The notes under the pieces: generated by a model
What the model saw: the letters and a program-made list of their open reading frames with translations, nothing else
Database searches by the model: none
Told to the model about the DNA's origin: nothing
Shown here: positions 53,788 to 64,000 of the stretch, one piece after another
Layout of the letters: the number at the start of each line of letters is the position of its first letter
Position numbering within the stretch: position 1 is the stretch's first letter
DNA from: Octopus sinensis
Taxonomy: Eukaryota
Reading direction: 5' to 3'
DNA length: 64,000 bases
Assembly (NCBI RefSeq): GCF_006345805.1
Contig: NC_043017.1
Location: forward strand, 2,728,001 to 2,792,000
Program-made: the position numbers and the translations under genes

Positions 53788-54728
53788 TACAGGGTGCGAT
53801 GGATAAATTGTCGCCATTTTATACTTTTATTTTCGCGCGCATACGCATTGTTTATTTTTTGATTTTGTCGACTACATAGTATAGTAGTGTCAGTTGGGTA
53901 CCGTCTGTGAGAAAGAAACAGCACCATGGTGCAATTTACTCTGCCAGAAATTTGGAAACGACATGCTGTACTGCTTCGCATTGATGTTGGAATCTCCAAT
54001 ACGAATGTTTCGGAGTATTTTGATGTCATTCTCAGGACAGCGCAAAGGAACCGGAAAGAGTTGGATGAGTCTAATGGTGATTACGAGGGTACGTACGGCA
54101 GCTCGGAAAATTAATTCTGATCGTTCTGATCAGAAAAGAACTCCTGAATTTGTTGGTGAGATCCAGGCCATGATTGACAACGATCCCTCCAAGTCAAACA
54201 GGTCCATCGCCAGGGACCTGCGAGTGTCTGAGTTACCTATCAGGCAATTAGTGCATGAAGACATTCGGTATTCCTCACAAAAGATGAAAAAGCGCCGATG
54301 TTTATCTCAATCCATCACAGACAAGAAATAAAACCAAGCTACGAAGCTTTTGAACAAACTTAAACATCCCCTGCAACCGAATATGTTTTGGTTTTCCTCA
54401 GTCGAGAAACTTTCACAGAACTACCTTTGGCTTGTCGTCTCCCCAAAATATGTTACAATAGTGATAAAAATCAAACATCCAGTCAACATCATGGTGCTTT
54501 GAGTGATCACTAGTGATGGTGACGTTATATCTCCTTTCATCTTCCCACACGGCTTCAGACTTAACACGGAGGCCTACATCATGTGGCCGTATGAGAAAGT
54601 GGTGCCCTGGGTCAAAAGAGTAGCTTCTGGAAGAACCTCTATCTGGCAAAAGGACTCTGCACCATGCCACACAAGCAGGAAAACCCAGTCACAGCTGTCA
54701 CACAATTTCTGCGACTACATCACCCCTA
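53788..54728 (+). mobile_element. Tc1/mariner DD37D (maT) transposon, 5' two-thirds, pseudogenised
   Basis: TA-cagggtgcgatggataaattgtcg TIR matching the inverted end at 22178-22206; ORF pieces MVQFTLPEIWKRH, RTPEFVGEIQAMIDNDPSKSNRSIARDL (HTH-like), ITSDGDVISPFIFPHG...QKDSAPCHTS; ends in (TA)n. Confidence 0.92.
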
Positions 54729-54753
54729 TATATATATATATATATAATATAAT

Positions 54754-54786
<33 letters not shown>

Positions 54787-55009
54787 CCAATATATATATA
54801 TAATGTGAAATAGAAAGATGAATAATCTTGTTGCAGATTAATCAAAAGTTTAACCGATACCTTGGTAGCAAAAATCACAGCAGAAGACAGCACGGTTGGA
54901 GGTACAACCATATGGTGTTGCAAACCGTGCGTTTGGTGCGGATAATTGAATTTTAAGATTATTAGTGATTGAAGAAATGGAGTTGAACGAAGATTGAACA
55001 GAAATCGTT

Positions 55010-55104
55010 TATTTCATTCTACTACACGTGTTTCGAAAGGCACAATTACCAAATTCCGATTGAATAATGAGACCATATTGTGTCTTTCTCTTCAGGAAGA
55101 AATA
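55010..55104 (-). ncRNA. Type I hammerhead ribozyme motif (GUA site)
   Basis: Minus strand: CTGAAGA(55095-55089)-gaaagacaca...tgtgcctttc-GAAA-CACGTG-GUA (55025-55023); stem I imperfect. Confidence 0.65.
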
Positions 55105-55141
55105 AGAAATCCGTTGGAAAAAACAAAAAAAACGGATTTCC

Positions 55142-55229
55142 TATTTCTTCTGAAGAGAAAGACACAATATGGTCTCATTATTCAATCATTTTGGTAATGT
55201 GCCTTTCGAAACACGTGTGAGATGAAATA
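55142..55229 (+). ncRNA. Type I hammerhead motif with GUG triplet (probably inactive)
   Basis: CTGAAGA 55150-55156, stem II 55157-55166/55198-55207, GAAA 55208-55211, CACGTG, GTG 55217-55219. Confidence 0.6.
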
Positions 55230-55339
55230 AAACGATTTCTGTTCAATCTTCGTTCAACTCCATTTCTTCAATTCACTAATAATATATATAATATATATAT
55301 ATTATATATATAATATATATATATATATGTATGTATATC

Positions 55340-55844
55340 GTCTCTTTGCAACAGCTCAGCTACTGGGAAAGGTTGAAACAGCTAAGATTCCCTGGAGAGA
55401 AGACGGGAGAGGAATGCAGTAATATATGTCTGGAAGATCCTGGAAGGAATTGTGCCAAATTTTGGCATTGTAAGCTACACCAATGCTAGAATGGGACGAC
55501 ACTGCATAGTGCCAAAGATCCCAGCAATGCCATCACGCTTCAGGACCAGCTACTGCAACAGCCTGGGTTTCAAGGGCCCACAGCTTTTTAATATTCTCCC
55601 AAAGAGTCTGAGGAACTTGCACAAAGTAGATGTAGCGGTTTTTAAATCAAAGTTGGACATCTTCCTGTCAAGAGTCCCAGATGAACCTATCCCATGGCAA
55701 GAGGTGCAAATGAGGGTAGCTGTATCAAACTCCATTCTTCACCAAGTGCCACATATTAGACGAGGTTCGTCGTAATAACAGTGTAGCACAAAACGGCGGT
55801 ACATCAGCATGGCCGCAGCTCTGAGCTGAAACTAGGAAAAAAAA
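55340..55844 (+). pseudogene. CR1-group LINE 3' end (ORF2 C-terminus + 3' UTR)
   Basis: QQLSYWERLKQL/SLERRRER.AVIYVWKILEGIVPNFG...GPQLFNILPKSLRN...FKSKLDIFLSRVPDEP is typical of CR1/L2-group ORF2 ends; A-rich tail. Confidence 0.88.
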
Positions 55845-55918
55845 TATATATAATTATATATAGATGTATATATGTATATATATATATATTATATATATAT
55901 AATCTATATATATATATG

Positions 55919-55977
<59 letters not shown>

Positions 55978-56264
55978 TTTATATTTATTCTATATATTTA
56001 CTTATAATATATACAGATATATATGTACACGTACATATATATATATACATGAAAATTGATCGATATATATATACATACACATACATAAAAGCATAATGCA
56101 TACATACAAAAACATACATGTATGTCTATGTATATATGTGTGTTTGCATGTTTGCGTGTGTGCGTGCGTGTTAGACAATTAGGTAGACAAGATCTGTTTT
56201 TATTTCCGTTACTTGTAGCTCTCCTTCCAGTTGTTGTTGTTGTTATTTTTGTTGCTGCTGTCGT

Positions 56265-56515
56265 TGTTCTTCTCCTTTTCGTTCTTTCTCTTTCTTCTTC
56301 TTCTTTTTTCTTTCTTCTTCTTTCTTCTTCTTCTTCTTCTTCTTCTTCTTCTTGTTTTTGTTCTTATTCTTCTTCTTCTTTTTCTTTCTTTCTTCACTTC
56401 TTCTTCTTCTTTCTTCTTCTTCTTGTCTTCTTCTTCTTCTTCTTCTTCTTTTCTTCTTATTCTGTCTTCTTCTTCTTCTTTCTTCTTCTTCTTCTTCTTC
56501 TTTCTTCTTCTTCAA
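56265..56515. repeat. (TTC)n tract
   Basis: Directly visible. Confidence 0.95.
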
Positions 56516-56716
56516 TTTAATGTTATTATTGTTGTTCGTTTCTCCCTTTCCATTTTTTTCCAATGTCTTGCAACAGAAATTTCATTTTTAAATTGCGCAG
56601 GTTGCTTCACAATTTAATTACATACTTTCACGGCAATTATCTCATGAATACCTATACATGAATACCTAATACTAAGTACATACATATATATATATATACG
56701 TTTCCATAGATGTAGG

Positions 56717-56764
<48 letters not shown>

Positions 56765-57078
56765 TATATATATATATTTATATACACACATGTATATATA
56801 TATGTATGTGCATACATATAATATATAATACATATATATACATAGATGTACATATCTATATATAGGTATATAAATGTATGTATATATATATGTATATATA
56901 TATATACATACAAATAAATATACATGCATTGAAATATATAAAATATTCACATAAACCCACATTGTATTATATATTTATTTACACACGCGCACGCACTCAC
57001 ATACATACACACATTATACATGCACATTTAGTTTATATTTATGTTCTAAATTGTTATATATATCTTACAAGCTATATA

Positions 57079-57130
<52 letters not shown>

Positions 57131-57469
57131 TCATATCTATATATGTATATATATCTATATATATATCTATATATATATATATTAATATATATATATATTA
57201 TATATATATAGCGTGTGCGAGTGTGTGTATGTATGTATATGTTATATATACAGGCCACACATCCATACCTATGGTTGCGTTGACAGTTAAATAGGGAATT
57301 TCGATTGAAATGCTACACACGAGAAAGATTCATCAGACGTTGAAATCTAACTTTACACTGAGACACGTATAGACACACACACACACACACATATATATAT
57401 GTATATATATATACAAATATATATATATATATATATACAGTGACTTTGCTGAGGTGGAGGTATGCAAAA

Positions 57470-57500
57470 TCCAACGTTTCGGACAGTGCTTCTTCAGGGA
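57470..57500 (-). ncRNA. Minimal hammerhead-like motif
   Basis: Minus strand tcc-CTGAAGA-agcactgtcc-GAAAC-GTT-gga; AACGTT palindrome; stem II weak. Confidence 0.5.
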
Positions 57501-57659
57501 AATATCGACAGGTGACTTCCATAATTTGGCATTAGAGGGTTTATATGTATATAGCATATAATAGCATACTCTATATATAAATATATATATAAATATATAA
57601 TTATATATATATATATATATATATTATATGCATGTATATATATAGTATATATACATATA

Positions 57660-57860
57660 TGTATGTATTTGTGTGTCTGTGTTATTCCCCCACTATCACT
57701 TGGCAACCTATGTTGGTGTATTTACGTCCCTGTAACCTAGCCAAAACAAAAAACCCGATGAAATAAGTACTAGGCTTACAGACGGTAAACCCTAGGGTCG
57801 ATTCGTTGGACTACAGGCGGTGCTCCAGTATGGCTGAAGCAAGTATAAGAAAAAAAGAAT
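57660..57860 (+). mobile_element. SINE family A 3' half
   Basis: tttacgtccctgtaacc...aataagtactaggcttaca...aggcggtgctccag. Confidence 0.8.
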
Positions 57861-58287
57861 ATAAATGATAACGTTTAAATGTTTGCTCACGCTTGACTAC
57901 TAAGTGTCGATGCTGCAGTTGTCCCTGGACGATTTCTTTCCAAATTCATTTATAGGTCTTTGCCATTCTTTTTCTCTCGCTTCCAACAAAAACCTGATAT
58001 ACTGCCGTATCTTAGTATGGTCTGGAACGACAGTTTAATTAGATAAATTACATCTATTTTTAATATATATTCCCGTTTGTAGCTTGCATTTCAGTTTAAT
58101 TATGCTATGGCCAAATCGATTAATTAATACAACACAGCCAGAGAGGTTTCTATAAGTCCACTTGGCACATCACTTTGTGTCCGAGAAAGACATCCACTGT
58201 TATTAATCTCGCTTTTAGCACTCAACACTTCCCACTCACACCTGCACTCACCCTAGCATTCTCACTCACACTCATACTTTCAACTCA

Positions 58288-59323
58288 TAGTGACGAGTGC
58301 GTTCTTAATCACATACGTAGATCGGTGGAAGGTTTGTAGTACGTCGTTATAGATTTGTTATAGAATGGGTTAATAACACCAGGTGGCGGAGGTGGTGGTC
58401 GTGGTGGTCGTGGAAGAATGAGGAATGATTTTGGGGTGGAGGTGGTGGTGGTATTGGAGTTGATGGTGTTGTTGGTGTTGGCGGTGGTGGTGGTATTGGT
58501 GGTGATAGTGGTTGCGGTAGTGGTGTTGATAATGGTGGCATTAATGGTGGTGGTGCTGGTGGTGATTGTGGTGGCGGAGGTTGTGGTGGTATTGGTGATG
58601 GTATTGGAGTTGATGGTGTTGGTGGTGGCGGTGTTGGTGGTGACAGTGGTGGCGGCGGCGGCGGCGGTGGTGGTGGTGATAGTGGTGGCGGAGGTAGTGG
58701 TGGTGGAATTAGGGTTATGTTGGGGTGGAGGTTGTGGTGGTATTGGTGATGGTATTGGAGTTGATGTGTTGGTGGTGGTGGTGGTATTCGTAGTGAATGT
58801 GGTTGCGGTAGTGGTAGTGGTAGTGGTGGTGGTGGTGGTGGTGGCGTTTAGAGTTTGTTGTTGTTGTTGCTGTTGCTGTTGGCAAGTGTAATGGGGGAGA
58901 TTAGAGAAAATCATGATGGGAAATAGTAAGGGTCCTAACTTTAAGTAGAAGAAAACAGGAATTGAGAAAGACGATGGTTACGGTGTTGTTGTTGTTGTTG
59001 TTCTTAATAGCGATTATGATGATGATGATGATAATGATGATTACAATAATGATAACGACGACGATAATGATGACGGTAGTAGTAGTAGTAGTACTAGCAG
59101 CAGCAGCAGTCGTAGTATCTGTAGCAGCAGTAGTAGTAGTAGTAGTAGTAGTAGTTGTTGTAGTAGTTGTAGCAGCAGCAGCAGTAGCAGCTGTAGTAGT
59201 AGTGTAGTAGTAGTAGTAGTAGTAGTAGTAGCAGCAGCAGCAGCGGTGATAGTAGTGGTAGTAATATCAGTAGCACCAGCAGCAATATTAATATCAGTGA
59301 TAAAAGTATTATTATTATTATTA

Positions 59324-59358
<35 letters not shown>

Positions 59359-59979
59359 GTTATTATTATTATAGTGTGAGGGAGGATTGCATACCATCAA
59401 AATGACACTAGGGTAAAATATACGAAGCCCAGTATACCCATCATGACTACCCGTCTGATAAGGGTACACTAGGCACTTGCATCACAACCATATATGCGAG
59501 ACATGGTGATCTCATATCAAGATAAACAGCACATGGCCTTGCAGGAGGGGTCCAGTTAGAATTCTTCTGGTCGAGTAACCCATCCCGCTCAAATGGTCCC
59601 TGAATAAGGGTTGTTTAAGGATGCTGAACAAAGCACCCATGTTTCCAAAGGTGCATTATCCAAACCCCAAAGAATCCCTCTCAACACACGGTCATGATGA
59701 TCCCCCACTACTTCTGCCCGTGATCAGAGATGCACATATCATCATCCACTAAGGGCCATGGTCAACAGGTTAAGGTCAAACAACTGACAAGCAAATCTGT
59801 GGTATTGATCAGAATATTTGCTGCAGCCCATCTTTTATACCAAGACAAAACAATGTACGTGATAACACTTCCTTAGATCAGAAGCTATGAGAGCCACTGC
59901 TTCAGGCAGTAATTATTATAACTAGTAGTAGTAGTAGTAGTAGTAGTAGTAGCAGCAGCAGCAGCAGCAGCAGTAGTAA

Positions 59980-60031
<52 letters not shown>

Positions 60032-60270
60032 CACAAGTGCGTTCTTAATCACATACGTAGATCGGTGGAAGGTTTGTAATACGTCGTTATAGATTTGTTA
60101 TAGAATGGGTTAATAACACCAGGTGGCGGAAGTGGTGGTCGTGGTGGTGGTCATGGTGGAATGAGGGATGATTTTGGGGTGGAGGTGGTGGTGTTATTGG
60201 AGTTGATGGTGTTGTTGGTGGTGGTGAAATTGGTGGTGATAGTGGTGGCGGCGGTGGCGGCGGTGGTGGT
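58288..60270. repeat. Local direct duplication (58288-~58490 and 60028-~60230) within GGT/GTA low-complexity DNA
   Basis: agtgcgttcttaatcacatacgtagatcggtggaagg... repeated at a 1740-bp offset. Confidence 0.92.
59372..59905 (-). mobile_element. (TAA)n-associated element, copy 3
   Basis: Aligns to 9130-9686; preceded by a long (ATT)n tract. Confidence 0.82.
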
Positions 60271-60887
60271 GGTAGAAGTAGTAGTAGTTGTTTTTGTTGT
60301 TGTTTTTGTTGTTGTTGTTGTTGTTGTAGTGTCGGTGATAGCAGCAGTGTTGCTCGGAGAAGTAATTTCATGCTATTACTTTAACATTTCTGGCCAGAGA
60401 CGGAACGAGAGCGACCTGCCGGTGCTTTAATAAATGGCCATTCTATTTATATTTAATTGTATCCTCCCGTACTTACTCAGCTCAATGGCTAACTAGATTC
60501 ATTGGAAATTCGTTGCTACTAAGCAAACAGACACATTAATTCGTCATTTACGAAACACCAAACATATGGTTTGATGTCAAAGATAATTCTTCAGTTGAAC
60601 ACCATGTTGTTTTAGCAATATCTATCGCAATCAGATTCGGCCGAATTCGCCGACTTATTTTCTTGTTCTATTTAATACCGATTTCTTATATTAGGAGACA
60701 AGATTGTAAATTTCCAGAGTAAGCGTATAAATCCACTTCAGTATGTATGTGAATTAAGAGAGGAAGAGATATACTGTATCAATTCGAGCGAGATTTTGTC
60801 GCGTTCGATATAAAGACGGGAACTTTTATCGAAGGTGTCGTCGGGTATAAAGGAGAGCATGTGTAACCATGGCAGTAGCGGGAAATA

Positions 60888-61050
60888 TCACCGTGATCGA
60901 CCAGGCTATCAGATGTTGCTACACATCGCTGGTCACAATGCGCTTCGCATTGCTTTAGCCTTCAAATGACACCACCCCGCTGGCTAAGCGAACAGGCCAA
61001 CAGAAGAAAGAGTGAGAGAAAGTTGGGGCGAAAGTGTACAGTAGGGATCG
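60888..61050 (-). mobile_element. SINE family B2 3' part
   Basis: Reverse complement match to 23820-23985. Confidence 0.85.
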
Positions 61051-61309
61051 CACCTTCGACGTCTGATCTCTGCCTTTTGGAGTATGTTATTTTCCATCTG
61101 CTCCGTTCCTTGACGATGAGACCTTACCACTTTGGGTGGTCCTAGGCAATTGCCTCCCAGGTATTTAGGTCAGTGGAGCAGCGGAGGTGAGTAGCCTTGA
61201 GCTGGTCTTGGAAACGGAATTTGGGGCCCATGTGATAGCAATACAGTAATGGAGACAATCTAAATCAATGCTGTGCTGATGACGCTTGTAAGGAAGAAAG
61301 GCATTTCCA

Positions 61310-61430
61310 TACAGTCGTGTTCAAAAGTTTGGAATCGAGGTCTGAAAATTAGAATTTTAACATTCAATGCCCTAAGTTATATTCCATTTGCAATATTTTA
61401 TTCTTGGTCAAAAGTTTGGCACTGAGGTCC
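61310..61430 (+). mobile_element. Tc1-like transposon end with IR/DR structure
   Basis: TA-cagtcgtgttcaaaagtttgg at 61310 and inner direct repeat tcaaaagtttgg at 61408-61419. Confidence 0.55.
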
Positions 61431-62011
61431 ACCCAAAATAAAATCAAGTGAAGGCCATCTGTGGTTTGAACAGTGAGCCTCTTTGATTCCTTCCCTAAAT
61501 TCAGTAATAGAGTCATCACTAAACACCAAACAAATAAGTGACGTCACTACCCTAAACTTTTAGCTTAACTTTAATTGTCCTCACATTTAAAACCGGTATT
61601 TCCCCCTTGGGTTCCTATAGTGGAGTCCAGCTGCAAAGATTCAGACGGAGTCTCCCACCTGAGAATTGAAACACCCACACCACTGCAACGCCCCCGAAGT
61701 CGGAATTGTTTTCTTCGCTCCTCTCATCCATCTTGAGAGGATTCTTTCAAAATTACTGGGTTTTAGGCCTGTGAGGAATCCGTACAAATTATAAAATGGT
61801 TTCGACAGTGATTTGAAATTAAATCGCAGTATCTACGCCTATCGGTGCTTATTTTTAAAAAATGATAACTTTTAAGGACATGAATAAGAAAAGCCCGCAG
61901 TAGTATAAAGTAAAATTTTTGTTGAGGAATGGCAAAAACCAAAGTTTGGATTCTTTAGAACAAAGTTATGAAATACAGAAAGATAGGAAGACAAAGATAT
62001 ATATATATATA

Positions 62012-62052
<41 letters not shown>

Positions 62053-62520
62053 GGAGAGAGAGAGAGAGAGATGGAGAGAGACAGGAGGAGAAAGAGTAGA
62101 AAGAAAGAGAGAAATAGATAGAGAAGTCAAAATGAGAAAGATGGAACAGAATAGAGAGTGTAGGTGGAAAAGTGGAGAGAATTCATCTCTCTTGGGAATT
62201 TACTTAAATCTGTGTCTTTCATCTTTTGCTTCGACTTTTTGGCGATATCACCGATATCAATGCTTGTGTGTGTGTGTATGTGTGTGCGTGTATGTGTGTG
62301 TGTGTCTGTGTTTGTCTCCTTTTGTGTGTCTGTGAGTGTGTGTGTGTGTGCCCGTGCGCGCCATGCTATTAATAATCTCGACACACGCACATTTTTAATT
62401 ATCTTCATATTTCTTCAACGCCTCGTCACTATTTTATCATCAACACCACCATCAACGTCATCATCGTCGCCATCATCATCATCATCATCATTATTTAATC
62501 ATAAAAGACCTAATAATAAC

Positions 62521-62560
<40 letters not shown>

Positions 62561-63114
62561 TGCGGCTGTTGTCGTATCTGTTAATAATAGGTCGTCCAAT
62601 TTTTTTTTTGTTGCTTTTTTGTTGAAATTGTTCTTTTTATTTATTTATTTTTTTCATTCATGAACTTTCTGAAATTAAATGAAAACTGAAATTGGACAAA
62701 GTATTATATTAACATCTTTCGTTAATATGTATGCGAAGAAGACATTTCGGTGTTTGGCACCGTTATTATCACTTTGATACAACAAATACAAGAAACTAAG
62801 AATGAATGACGATGGAATTATTTCGTTTTCTCCTTTATACTGTTTTATTCGGCTTCATCCAATTCAATGGGGAGAGAATACAAAAAAACATAAATAAATA
62901 AATGAATAAATACAATAAAATAAAATAGAATGAAAATTTCCAAAAAAAAAACACCCTATAAAACTATTCGACACAATAATTAATAAAATAACAAATAAGG
63001 AAAGCAAAAAAAAAAAAAGAACATGAAAATGAAAAAAAAAAGATAGTATAAAAAAAAATGAAAGATTTTATTTTATTCGTGAAGATATCGAAAACAACAA
63101 CAATGACAACAGCA

Positions 63115-63177
<63 letters not shown>

Positions 63178-64000
63178 GGATAATAATAATGTTAATAAGG
63201 TATCTTAGAAAGAGAACCTTCTTTTTAACTTTGATGAATTTATATTCCATATTTTTTTTATTGATAACCCATCACAAAAATGTGATTCCCACTCGCTTAT
63301 CTATCTACTGTCATATGAATACATACAGACAACACACACACACATACACAAACATATATGTGTATGTATGTATATTAGGAACATAATTTACTATATATAT
63401 ATGTAGGTGGGTGTTTATATTTTACATATTTATTATATATTTATCTATTTATATACAATATTAAAAGAAGAGCGTACGTGTACAAACAGGAATCAAGTTA
63501 AAAGAAGATGGTAATACCCAATTGGGAATACGCACACACAGAGGCACAAACACAATCACACACATACACACACACTTGTTTGTGTGTGTGTGTGGATATG
63601 TATATATGTATGTGAGTGTGTGTTTGAATGCATTTATGTCTATAACAACATACGTAGGGGTGCGTAGTCTTTCAAGAATTTTTCCTATCTCAACTTAAAG
63701 AAAAAAAAAAAAGAGAAAGATAAAATCTAACTCTTTATAAAAGCGAAGCAAAAACGAAAGAATATGAAACGAATGTAAACAGAAAAAAGATAGCGAAATC
63801 CCTTCAATATCACGAAATAAAGAAATATGTTGAATAAGGGTGAAAATTAGAGCGTTAACTTAACGAAGTAGGAAAAGAAAATGCGTGTCAGCAGATAATT
63901 TTGGAAAGGCGCTTCTGTATTTTCCCCTTTTCATTATATATATTTTGTTATTGTTATTATTTTCATGGGGTTATCATTATTATTGCTAAGGATTGGAGAA

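Larger units (their letters stand above)
54958..55283. repeat. Long inverted repeat (~155-bp arms, 15-nt loop) of hammerhead-bearing sequence
   Basis: 54958-55115 is a near-exact reverse complement of 55131-55283. Confidence 0.95.

Noticed and set aside
57298-57340. Minus-strand CTGATGA...GAAA
   Set aside because: No stem II pairing and no NUH in register

Overview
Repeat-dense, AT-rich animal genomic DNA with no recognisable intact protein-coding gene. The repeat landscape (tRNA-headed SINEs, RTE-related elements, very long (TA)/(TG)/(TAC)/(ATT) microsatellites) looks like an octopus/cephalopod genome; this is inferred from the repeat sequences. Nearly all listed ORFs are microsatellite or SINE artefacts. 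Supported features: several SINE families (some with TSDs and nesting), decayed CR1-like, RTE and R4/Dong-like LINE fragments, two DD37D (maT) Tc1/mariner remnants, a mariner 3' end, a Tc1-like IR/DR end, TTAA-type MITEs, minisatellites and a 100-N gap (49908-50007). The main hunt result is a recurring non-coding architecture: minimal hammerhead-ribozyme motifs (CUGANGA-stem II-GAAAC-palindromic stem III-GUH) joined to fold-back inverted repeats and mostly lodged in or beside (TA)n tracts. This is the signature of Penelope-like pseudo-LTR remnants and is clearest at 18.65-19.04 kb and in a ~325-bp palindrome at 54.96-55.28 kb with one hammerhead per strand. Also seen: a SINE/CR1-LINE pair sharing a 3' stem-loop with compensatory changes, a (TAA)n-associated ~550-bp element in three copies, and a tentative plus-strand transcript 3' end at 29.4-35.4 kb that coincides with an apparent rise in CpG content. 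All structures were read by eye and coordinates of decayed repeats are approximate.
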